Positions 48,442 to 56,786 of a stretch of 64,000 bases of DNA are shown here, in pieces. Both the position numbers and the translations under genes were made by a program. The notes beneath the pieces are model-generated. The model worked only from the letters and a program-made list of their open reading frames with translations, did no database searches and had not been told where the DNA came from. The stretch lies in NCBI GenBank assembly GCA_041650755.1, contig JBAZKN010000001.1, forward strand, positions 70,796 through 134,795. Direction: 5' to 3'. The DNA is from Patescibacteria group bacterium (lineage in GTDB: Bacteria; Patescibacteriota; Patescibacteriia; UBA1558; GWA2-36-10). Position 1 is the first letter of the stretch. Each line of letters opens with the position of its first letter.

Positions 48442-48472
48442 ATGCTGAATAGCGGGGCTAGCCCCCGAGCCA
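48442..48472 (+). repeat. tRNA-Gln(TTG) 3'-end mimic repeat (R4) at the edge of GC island C
   Basis: atgctgaatagcggggCTAGCCCCCGAGCCA versus the tRNA 3' end CTAGTCCCCGAGCCA (14/15); homologous to R2/R3 at 7420-7613. Confidence 0.65.
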
Positions 48473-48513
48473 AAAAAATTTGAAGCCCCAAGTTTTATTT
48501 TTTTTATGAAAAA

Positions 48514-48545
48514 AAGTTGGCCACAAGGGGCCAACCGTCGTGAAG
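48514..48545 (-). terminator. Rho-independent terminator of the island C gene
   Basis: gttggcc acaagg ggccaac with a T-run on the minus strand. Confidence 0.65.
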
Positions 48546-48570
48546 CAAGCTAGCACAGGCAGTGTTGGAC

Positions 48571-48861
48571 CTACCAGCCATAGAGGCGCCGGTGATCCTC
48601 GGCAGCGCGCCGAGCCGCTCGTGCAGCTGCATCCTGCTCCATCATGGACCGCAGGCAGATACTCTCAACCTCGCTTTGGCGCATGGCCAAGATTTCGCCC
48701 GCATCGGGCCCGTTGAGTGCGGCCAGCTTGGCCGCCTTGGCTGATCGCTTGCGCTCCTGCGAAGCAGCTTGGCCGTGGGTCGGACCTTGGCCAAAGTGTC
48801 GATATTGTTGTCGTCTGCCACTTGGTACGTGACTTTCATCTAAGAACTTGTCTCGAGCCAT
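48571..48861 (-). CDS. Small basic Arg/Ala-rich hypothetical protein on GC island C
   Basis: GGGAGG RBS 7 nt before ATG at 48861 (MARDKFLDE...); about 62% GC; 96 aa. Confidence 0.5.
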   Translation of the reverse strand: MARDKFLDESHVPSGRRQQYRHFGQGPTHGQAASQERKRSAKAAKLAALNGPDAGEILAMRQSEVESICLRSMMEQDAAARAARRAAEDHRRLYGW

Positions 48862-48971
48862 GAGTTTCCTCCCTGGTTGGGGGACACACACTGGGGCAAA
48901 GACTATACATTATATAGCTTAATAAATAATAAAAATATTGTCAAAATCATTATTCTTGATATAATCAAACA

Positions 48972-49670
48972 ATGGACACAAATTTGAAAATTCCAGAGCA
49001 TATCGGCATTATTTTAGATGGCAACAGGCGTTGGGCAAAGAGTAGAAACTTGCCTACCTTTGAAGGCCATAGGCAAGGCTCAGAAAACATTACTACCATT
49101 GCGAATTATGCTTTTGATCGTGGCATAAAAATAATGTCTGTTTTTGCTTTTTCCGTAGAAAATTGGAAACGCAACCAAGAAGAAGTTGGTTATTTGATGG
49201 ATTTATTTAAATTGATGCTAAAGGATCAATTCAGGATTTTAGCTGATCGCGGGATTAAACTTACGGTGTCTGGTGATATTACTGCTTTTGACACAGAGTT
49301 GAGAGGGGGGATTATTGATGCTCAAAACAACACAGCCGACAATAAAAATGGTATTTTTAATGTTTGTTTGAATTATGGCGGCCGGGAGGAAATTATTCAG
49401 GCTATTAAAAAAATAATTCAAGATAAAATAAATCCAAAAGACATTGATCAAAATCTGTTCAATAAATATTTATATACTGCTGGCTTGCCCGATCCCGATT
49501 TGATTATTCGCACTTCAGGCGAACAAAGATTGTCTGGTTTTTTGACTTGGCAATCAGTCTACAGCGAATTATATTTTGTGGACAAGCATTGGCCGGATTT
49601 TTCTACTCAAGACTTTGACAAAGCCTTAGTAGAGTATAGCCGACGCCAACGGCGTTTTGGTGGGAATTAG
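48972..49670 (+). CDS. uppS: Undecaprenyl diphosphate synthase
   Basis: HIGIILDGNRRWAK; RTSGEQRLSGFLTWQ. Confidence 0.9.
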   Translation: MDTNLKIPEHIGIILDGNRRWAKSRNLPTFEGHRQGSENITTIANYAFDRGIKIMSVFAFSVENWKRNQEEVGYLMDLFKLMLKDQFRILADRGIKLTVSGDITAFDTELRGGIIDAQNNTADNKNGIFNVCLNYGGREEIIQAIKKIIQDKINPKDIDQNLFNKYLYTAGLPDPDLIIRTSGEQRLSGFLTWQSVYSELYFVDKHWPDFSTQDFDKALVEYSRRQRRFGGN

Positions 49671-49766
49671 ATATGCTAGCAAAATTCACAAAAAAAGTTT
49701 TTGGAAAAAAACTTTTTTTGTGGTATAATTTAGGCAAATAACTTATCGCTTTAAAAAAATAAAAAT

Positions 49767-51842
49767 ATGCCCAAAAAAATCATGGCTAGCAAGAAAAGCC
49801 AAAGCAAAAAATTGACAGCAAAAAACAAGGTCGCTAAACTCAATAATTATTATGGCAACACCACTTTGGCTATTGTTTTCTTTTTATTTGTCATAGCTAT
49901 TGGCGTTTTAATATTAACTAAATTACAAAGGCCATATCAGCGTCCACCAATTATCACTTTGCCCAACAATAATTTGGCCAATACTAATACCCAAGTAGCA
50001 GCCTTTTCTTCAGCAGAAGAATTTTTGAGCTATTTAGAGACAGGCAAAGATCTAGCCAGTAATATCAGTATGCCTGGCATGGGTATAGCCAAAAATAGTG
50101 CTCAAGGCAGGACAGAAGCTATGGATGTCTTGAGTGCTCCTAGCGCGGCTCCGGAAAGAGTATCCACCACCAATGTTCAAGTAGCTGGAGTTGATGAGCC
50201 GGATATAGTTAAAACTGATGGCCAGACAATATATTTTTCCCAAGAGCCCGGTTATCGGACATATTATGATTATGAAATCATGCCAATGGTGCGGGTAGGC
50301 AGCAGCATTGTGCCTCCGCAATATCAAACCGGCAAAACATCTCTTATCAAAGCTTGGCCCACTAAAGACGTAGAATTTTTGACCAAAATAGAAAAATCTG
50401 GAAACTTGCTTTTGGCTGACAATATATTAGCTATTTTTACTGGCCAAGAAATAGTGGCCTATGATGTCAGCGACCGGACTAAACCCAATAAAACCTGGAC
50501 AGCAAAATTTGATGATAATAATTATTTAGTATCAGCTAGATTGTATCAAGATAAGATATACCTGGTCAGCCAAACTTATTTAAATGATTTTAAACCGTGT
50601 CCCTTGAAGACCCTGTCAATCGACGATAAAAATATAGAAATTGCTTGTCAAGAAATTTATCACCCGGTCAGCCCCACCCAGGTGGACACTGCCTTTACTG
50701 CTATGACTATTGATATGAAATCTGGCGAAATCAACCATAAAATATCTTTTGTCGGTATGGCCAGCCAATCAGTGGTCTATATGTCAACCGGCAATTTATT
50801 CGTGACTTATCAGCAGCCCATTGATATGTTTAGCTTTTTGACTGAATTTTTCCGGGAAAAGATGGCAGATTTAGTGCCGGCTGAACTATTGGCCCGCTTA
50901 GATAAGATCAATGGCTATGATATCGGTCAAAATGCCAAGTTGACTGAATTTTATGATGTTTTCGGTAAATGGCAGAATTCTTTAGATAAAGATACTGCTT
51001 TGAAATTGGAAAATGACATGAACAACCGATTAGACGATTATTTAAAAATCAATCAAAGAAAATTATTAAATACCGGCATAGTCAAAATCGGTATAGATGA
51101 TTTTAAAATAAAAGCTACCGGCACAGTGCCTGGTACGCCCTTAAATCAATTCTCTTTGGATGAGTACCAGGATAATTTGCGCATTGCCACGACCCTGGGC
51201 AATGTGTGGCTGGGATTTACCAATAGCACTAATACTGCCAACGATGTCTATGTTTTGGATAAAAATTTGAAAATTACCGGCTCCATCCAAGACCTAGGTC
51301 TAGGAGAGCGCATTTATGCTGCTCGCTTTTTGAGCGACAAGGGATACTTGGTGACTTTTAGGCAGACTGATCCTTTTTATGTCTTAAATTTAGCTGATCC
51401 CAAAAATCCAAAATTAGCTGGTGAGCTGAAAATACCAGGCTATTCCTCTTATTTGCATCAGCTGGCCAACAACAGGATTTTGGGCATTGGCCAGGAAGGT
51501 TCTAAAGTTAAGTTGTCTTATTTTGACGTATCTGATCCAAACAAGCCAAAAGAAATCAGCAAGTACCTATTGGATGAATATTGGAGCGAAGTATCAAACA
51601 ATCACCACGCCTTTTTACAGGATGCTAAGCACCAAATATTCTTCTTGCCGGCTAGTCAAGGCGGTTATGTATTTTCTTATGATGATGACGCCTTGTCTTT
51701 AGAAAAAGCCATCAGTTTGTCCGCAGTTAAAAGAGCTATTTATTTAAATGATTATTTGTATGTTTTGTCATCTTCAGCTATCAAGGTCTATGATGAAAAC
51801 GATTGGCAAGAGGTAAAAAATCTAGATTTAGATACAGACTAA
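49767..51842 (+). CDS. Membrane-anchored secreted beta-propeller domain protein (Beta_propel-like)
   Basis: N-terminal TM; conserved C-terminal block YAARFLSDKGYLVTFRQTDPFYVLNLADPKNPKLAGELKIPGYSSYLH. Confidence 0.6.
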   Translation: MPKKIMASKKSQSKKLTAKNKVAKLNNYYGNTTLAIVFFLFVIAIGVLILTKLQRPYQRPPIITLPNNNLANTNTQVAAFSSAEEFLSYLETGKDLASNISMPGMGIAKNSAQGRTEAMDVLSAPSAAPERVSTTNVQVAGVDEPDIVKTDGQTIYFSQEPGYRTYYDYEIMPMVRVGSSIVPPQYQTGKTSLIKAWPTKDVEFLTKIEKSGNLLLADNILAIFTGQEIVAYDVSDRTKPNKTWTAKFDDNNYLVSARLYQDKIYLVSQTYLNDFKPCPLKTLSIDDKNIEIACQEIYHPVSPTQVDTAFTAMTIDMKSGEINHKISFVGMASQSVVYMSTGNLFVTYQQPIDMFSFLTEFFREKMADLVPAELLARLDKINGYDIGQNAKLTEFYDVFGKWQNSLDKDTALKLENDMNNRLDDYLKINQRKLLNTGIVKIGIDDFKIKATGTVPGTPLNQFSLDEYQDNLRIATTLGNVWLGFTNSTNTANDVYVLDKNLKITGSIQDLGLGERIYAARFLSDKGYLVTFRQTDPFYVLNLADPKNPKLAGELKIPGYSSYLHQLANNRILGIGQEGSKVKLSYFDVSDPNKPKEISKYLLDEYWSEVSNNHHAFLQDAKHQIFFLPASQGGYVFSYDDDALSLEKAISLSAVKRAIYLNDYLYVLSSSAIKVYDENDWQEVKNLDLDTD

Positions 51843-51844
51843 TT

Positions 51845-52645
51845 ATGACCGAGGCTTCATACCAGATACAAAGCCAAAAACAAAAGGACTATTATAATCA
51901 AACTGCAAAGCATTATGATCAGTGGCACGTAGATACCGGTAGTGCCGCTGTGGTTGATGCTTGGAATTTTTCTAATCTAAAAAAATTTTTAGGTAAGAAC
52001 AAAATCGATACCTGTCTAGATATTGCTTGCGGCACCGGACGCCTAAGTAATAATTTATTACAGATTGCCCGTGAAGTTTATGGCGTGGATCAATCTCAGG
52101 CTGTCCTGGATATCGCCCAAGCTAAATATCCACAACTGAAGTTAGCCTGCGCCGAGGTTGTTGATTTGCCTTATGCTGACAATTTTTTCGATTTAGTGCT
52201 GATCAATGGTTCTTTGCATCATTTTTTTGCTGTCAAAAAAACTTTGACAGAAGCTAAAAGAGTTTTGAAACCCGGTGGTTATTTTGTGCTCTTGGGCGAG
52301 CCATCTAGTCTTTATCACAAAATTTACAATCCTTTTTTCTATATTTGGCTTGTGGATAGGGCTATAAATAAGATATTTTCTTTAGTCAAAAAAAGTCCCG
52401 CCAGTTCAGAAATAGAGCCTGAGGCAGAGGCCTATCATCCGCCTCAACTAAAACAGCAATTTTTGGATAGTGGATTTATTGTCCGCCAATTTTATACTTA
52501 TGACTTTTTTCCTCGTCATGAGTCAAGAATCTGCTTAAAAATATATCGTTGGTATTTGCCCTATGAACACAAAATTTTAGCTAAGATTTGCCCATTTTTA
52601 GGCTCAGCTATACAAATTTTTGCCCAAAAACCAAAAAATGCCTAG
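51845..52645 (+). CDS. Class I SAM-dependent methyltransferase (Methyltransf_11-like)
   Basis: LDIACGTGRLS motif I; LKPGGYFVL; start moved to the ATG at 51845 just after the upstream stop. Confidence 0.8.
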   Translation: MTEASYQIQSQKQKDYYNQTAKHYDQWHVDTGSAAVVDAWNFSNLKKFLGKNKIDTCLDIACGTGRLSNNLLQIAREVYGVDQSQAVLDIAQAKYPQLKLACAEVVDLPYADNFFDLVLINGSLHHFFAVKKTLTEAKRVLKPGGYFVLLGEPSSLYHKIYNPFFYIWLVDRAINKIFSLVKKSPASSEIEPEAEAYHPPQLKQQFLDSGFIVRQFYTYDFFPRHESRICLKIYRWYLPYEHKILAKICPFLGSAIQIFAQKPKNA

Positions 52646-52746
52646 ATACTTGTCAAAATCAAAGATTATGCTACAATAGTGTGGCAAATATTGAATATTA
52701 TTTATGCTAAAGCTCTTAACTTTAGCATAAATTATTAATAAAAAAT

Positions 52747-54429
52747 ATGAATAAATATCAGTCCAGTTCTCATAAGGTTATGTCTGCCCAGAGAGTTAAG
52801 ATTACTTTTGTGGCCATTATTATTTTGGCTATTTTGGGTTGCTTGGTGGCCCTGCCAAAACCAGGCTTTATACCCAATAATAATTGGTTTAGGCAGTTTA
52901 AAATACACTTGGGCCTTGATTTGCAGGGCGGCACCCATCTGGTTTATCAAGCAGATGTATCACAAGTGCCGGATAATGAGCGTCGCGATAGAGTGGAAGC
53001 CTTGCGGGACGTGATTGAACGCCGGGTAAACGCCTATGGCGTGTCTGAACCGGTTGTCCAGACCAATTATAGCGGCGATAATTATCGTATTATTGTTGAG
53101 CTGGCCGGGGTGACCGATGTCAATCAAGCTATCAGTATTATCGACAAGACTCCTTTGCTCGAATTCAAGACACAAGGCCAGGCTCCTATTGATAATAATG
53201 ACCAGAATGCCGTTCGTGATAAAGCCAACGACATATTACAGCGAGTACTGAAGGGCGAAGACTTTGCTGAGCTAGCCAAGCAATATAGTGAGGATCCAGT
53301 TTCAGCTGCTCAAGGCGGAGATTTGCCTTGGGTGACCAAAGGCAAATTTGTCCCAGAATTTGATACAGCCATTTTTGATCAGCTAAAGACAGGCGAGGTA
53401 GATAAACAATTAGTTGAATCTCAATTTGGCTATCATATTATCAAAAAAATAGAGGAGAGAACCAATGACAGTGGCGAAAAGGAAGTCCATGCCGCCCATA
53501 TTTTGATAAAAAAAATTGACGCTGATATGGTCTGGGAGGATACTTCTTTGAGTGGCCGCAATATCAAAAAAGCCGAGTTAAGCTTTGATCAGAATACTCA
53601 AGAGCCCTTGGTCTTAATTAACTTTGATGACCAGGGTAAAGAAATTTTTGCTGATCTGACCACTGCCAACGTCGGTAAGCCAATCGCCATATTTTTGGAT
53701 GGAGTTTTACGCTCTGAGCCGGTTGTGCAAGAAGCTATTACTGACGGAAGTGCCCAGATTTCCGGAAAATTCACCATCAAAGAAGCCAAACAGCTCGTCA
53801 AAGACTTGAATTTAGGCGCCCTGCCTGTGCCAATAAAACTAGTGACTCAACAAACAGTTGGCCCTACTTTGGGGCAAGTGTCGCTAGACAAAAGTTTGAT
53901 AGCTGGCATTATTGGTTTTTTGGCAGCTGCTTTATTTATGCTCATTTTGTATCGTTTGCCGGGTATTTTAGCAGTGGTGGCCTTGGGGCTATATACTATT
54001 TTGAGTTTGAGTATTTTTGAAATTATACCAGTAACCATGACCATGGCCGGCATTGCTGGTTTTATTCTATCTATCGGCATGGCTGTGGATGCCAATATTT
54101 TAATATTTGAAAGAACCAAAGAAGAGTTATATAAAGGCAAAACTTTATGGACTGCCATTGAAGAAGGATTCAGCAGAGCTTGGCCATCAATTCGCGATTC
54201 AAATGTTTCCTCAATTATTACTTGTATAATTTTGGCTTGGTTTGGCACTTCGATTATCAGAGGTTTTGCTATTACCTTGGGGATAGGTATCTTGGTGTCC
54301 ATGTTTTCCGCCATTACCGTGACCCGCACCTTCTTGTACTTAGTTGTTAACAAAAAATTAGAAAATAAATTGAGTTGGTTTGGCGTACATATTACTAAAA
54401 CCACCGAAGAACAACAAAACCATGTATAG
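52747..54429 (+). CDS. secD: Protein translocase subunit SecD with a parvulin-like (PpiC-type PPIase) insertion
   Basis: LGLDLQGGTHLVYQAD and the SecD TM bundle; inserted segment (about 53180-53530) EDFAELAKQYSEDPVSAAQGGDLPWVTKGKFVPEFDTAIF...SQFGYHIIKKIEER...VHAAHILIKK. Confidence 0.85.
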   Translation: MNKYQSSSHKVMSAQRVKITFVAIIILAILGCLVALPKPGFIPNNNWFRQFKIHLGLDLQGGTHLVYQADVSQVPDNERRDRVEALRDVIERRVNAYGVSEPVVQTNYSGDNYRIIVELAGVTDVNQAISIIDKTPLLEFKTQGQAPIDNNDQNAVRDKANDILQRVLKGEDFAELAKQYSEDPVSAAQGGDLPWVTKGKFVPEFDTAIFDQLKTGEVDKQLVESQFGYHIIKKIEERTNDSGEKEVHAAHILIKKIDADMVWEDTSLSGRNIKKAELSFDQNTQEPLVLINFDDQGKEIFADLTTANVGKPIAIFLDGVLRSEPVVQEAITDGSAQISGKFTIKEAKQLVKDLNLGALPVPIKLVTQQTVGPTLGQVSLDKSLIAGIIGFLAAALFMLILYRLPGILAVVALGLYTILSLSIFEIIPVTMTMAGIAGFILSIGMAVDANILIFERTKEELYKGKTLWTAIEEGFSRAWPSIRDSNVSSIITCIILAWFGTSIIRGFAITLGIGILVSMFSAITVTRTFLYLVVNKKLENKLSWFGVHITKTTEEQQNHV

Positions 54430-55330
54430 AATTATTCAAAAAAAAGCGCTTTGGTTTTCCATTTCAGCTATTGTCTGCGGAGCATCTCTGTTGGCTTTAT
54501 TGATCTGGGGACTAAGGCCTGGCATTGATTTTACCGGCGGTAGCTTGCTGGAAGTTTCTTATTCTCAAGCTAGACCCGGCTTCCAGGCAGTAGAGGAAGC
54601 GCTTAAAGATGTTCAGCTCAAGGACCTCAAAATCCAGCCCAGCGGCGATAGAGACTATATCTTAAGATTTGAAAGTATTGATGAGACACAGCACCAAACT
54701 ATTTTATCCAAGCTGCAGGATATTAAGCTGGATAACATCAATGATAATAAGCTGACCGAAAATCGCTTTGAATCTATTGGGCCCACTATCGGCGTAGAGC
54801 TAAAAAATAAAGCTATCCAATCCATTATTGTGGTTTTGATCTGTATTTTACTTTATATTGCTTATGCTTTTAGAAAAGTTTCCAAACCAGTAGAATCCTG
54901 GAAATATGGCGTGGCAGCCATCATCGCTTTGCTGCACGACGTGATTGTGGTGTCTGGTGTATTTGCGATTCTCGGCTACTTTGCCGGGATAGAGATAGAT
55001 AGCTTATTTGTGACTGCTTTATTGACTGTCTTAGGTTTTTCTGTGCACGATACCATAGTAACCTTTGATCGTATTAGGGAAAATTTGTTCAGAAGTCGTA
55101 ATTATGATGATTTCGAGGACATTATCAACTCCAGTGTCAACGAAACAATCATTAGGTCTTTAAATACCTCGTTGACCACGCTTTTAGCTTTGCTGGCAAT
55201 TTATATTTTTGGCGGGGAAAGCACCAGATACTTTGTCTTGGCTCTAATTATTGGTATTATTACCGGTACCTACTCATCTATCTTTATTGCTTCACCAATT
55301 GTTTTATTGTTTAATAATAAAAATAAATAA
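54422..55330 (+). CDS. secF: Protein translocase subunit SecF
   Basis: SecF TM topology; LDFTGGSLLEVSY; start MYRIIQKK overlaps the secD stop by 8 nt. Confidence 0.85.
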   Translation: MYRIIQKKALWFSISAIVCGASLLALLIWGLRPGIDFTGGSLLEVSYSQARPGFQAVEEALKDVQLKDLKIQPSGDRDYILRFESIDETQHQTILSKLQDIKLDNINDNKLTENRFESIGPTIGVELKNKAIQSIIVVLICILLYIAYAFRKVSKPVESWKYGVAAIIALLHDVIVVSGVFAILGYFAGIEIDSLFVTALLTVLGFSVHDTIVTFDRIRENLFRSRNYDDFEDIINSSVNETIIRSLNTSLTTLLALLAIYIFGGESTRYFVLALIIGIITGTYSSIFIASPIVLLFNNKNK

Positions 55331-55368
55331 TCGCATAATATTTTTCACTTTCTGTCAAGAAAATATAT

Positions 55369-55391
55369 ATACCCCCAAAATAAAGGGGGTA
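55369..55391 (+). terminator. Rho-independent terminator after secF
   Basis: tacccccaaaataaagggggta followed by a T-containing tail. Confidence 0.6.
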
Positions 55392-55422
55392 TTCAGTTTA
55401 AAGAAAATTATTATTTTTATTT

Positions 55423-55440
55423 AATATTAGCCAAAAAATG
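55423..55440 (+). repeat. Conserved intergenic motif core AATATTAGCCAAAA, copy 2
   Basis: Shares the 14-nt core with 45360..45381 and 63760..63781. Confidence 0.5.
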
Positions 55441-55496
55441 ACATTATTTTAAACTCTATTTTGCGTTTTTTCTATTTGAGGGTTGACTTATTTTAA

Positions 55497-55550
55497 AAAA
55501 TGTGTTATTCTATGAAATGTTTAAAAAGTAAACACATTTTTAAACGTTTA
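55497..55550 (+). promoter_or_regulatory. Nested palindromic operator-like site immediately upstream of the sigma-r4/HARE-HTH gene
   Basis: aaatgtttaaaaa...tttttaaacgttt (13-nt arms, 1 mismatch) plus aaatgtgtt/aacacattt; ends 11 nt before the ATG. Confidence 0.5.
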
Positions 55551-55560
55551 AGTAAAACAT

Positions 55561-56667
55561 ATGGAATCTATATTGGATCAAGTGATTACTGCCAGACATT
55601 TGTCAAATTTGGCAAATTTTAATCCCCATCAAACCCTAGATAACATCTTGGCGGCTTTGTCAGACCGCGAACGCGAGATTATTAAGTTGCGTCATGGTTT
55701 ATCTGGTTATGAAAAAAAGACCTTGGAGGAAATTGGCCAAAAATACAAAGTCACTCGTGAAAGGGTAAGGCAGATTGAGAATACTGCTCTCAAGAAAATC
55801 ACCAAAAATTTTGATCAAACCTATCTTAAGGAAATAGAAGATATTGCCAATGGCATTTTATCTGAACATGGCGGCATGATGTCAGAAACCAATTTAATCA
55901 AAGAATTATTGACCGTGCCCGGTAATACGCCGGAGAATCAGGCAGCTATTCGCTTTATCTTAAATCAATTACTGAAAAACCGTTTTCACTTCATCAAAGA
56001 ATCCAAGGATTACCATAATTTTTGGAAAACTCCAGAGTCTTCCCAAGGTTTTTTTGAAGAAACCATTGATCATATTGCTAAATTGATCCATGGCCATGGT
56101 ACGCCATTGCCCTTAGAACATCTTTTATCAAAAATTCAACAGCATGATTTTTATAAAGATAATGATGATTTGACTGATCGAGTGATTGTCAACTTTATTT
56201 ACATCACCAAAAAACTAAAGGCCAACCCTTACGATGAGTGGGGTTTGGCAGAATGGTCAGCCATCAGTCCGCGTCGCATGAACGACAAAATTTATCTGGT
56301 CTTGAAAAAGGAAAATCGCCCCATGCACTTTACGGAAATTGCCGATATGATCAATAAAATGCAGTTTGATCAGCGTCAAGCCTATCCGGCCACCATCCAT
56401 AATGAATTGATTTTAGATGATAAGTACGTTTTGGTGGGCCGTGGTATTTATGCCTTATCAGAATGGGGCTATAAGCCGGGCGTGGTCAGCGACGTGATCG
56501 CTGAAATTTTACAAGCCAATCCACAAGGCTTAAGTAAAAAGGAGATTATTGCCGAAGTATTAAAAAAGCGCTTAATCAAAGAAACCACTATTACTTTAGC
56601 CCTGATGAACAAAGATCGTTTTATCCGCAATGAACGAGGTCGCTACACTTTGAAAACTAATGCTTAA
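55561..56667 (+). CDS. Sigma-70 region-4-like HTH protein fused to tandem HARE-HTH domains
   Basis: LSDREREIIKLRHGL...TLEEIGQKYKVTRERVRQIENTALKKI (sigma r4); later PYDEWGLAEWS and LVGRGIYALSEWGY (HARE-HTH hallmark). Confidence 0.65.
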   Translation: MESILDQVITARHLSNLANFNPHQTLDNILAALSDREREIIKLRHGLSGYEKKTLEEIGQKYKVTRERVRQIENTALKKITKNFDQTYLKEIEDIANGILSEHGGMMSETNLIKELLTVPGNTPENQAAIRFILNQLLKNRFHFIKESKDYHNFWKTPESSQGFFEETIDHIAKLIHGHGTPLPLEHLLSKIQQHDFYKDNDDLTDRVIVNFIYITKKLKANPYDEWGLAEWSAISPRRMNDKIYLVLKKENRPMHFTEIADMINKMQFDQRQAYPATIHNELILDDKYVLVGRGIYALSEWGYKPGVVSDVIAEILQANPQGLSKKEIIAEVLKKRLIKETTITLALMNKDRFIRNERGRYTLKTNA

Positions 56668-56786
56668 ATGAGATTTTATTACAAGAACAACCGGTTTCCA
56701 CTTGGGGCGGTTGTTTTTGTTTCCTACTACTTTAAAAATTTTGCAAAAAAAGGTATAATATACTGGTAGCCCATCAAAAAATAGCT

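Noticed and set aside
53847-54404. 185-aa minus-strand ORF
   Set aside because: It lies antisense within the well-supported secD transmembrane region.
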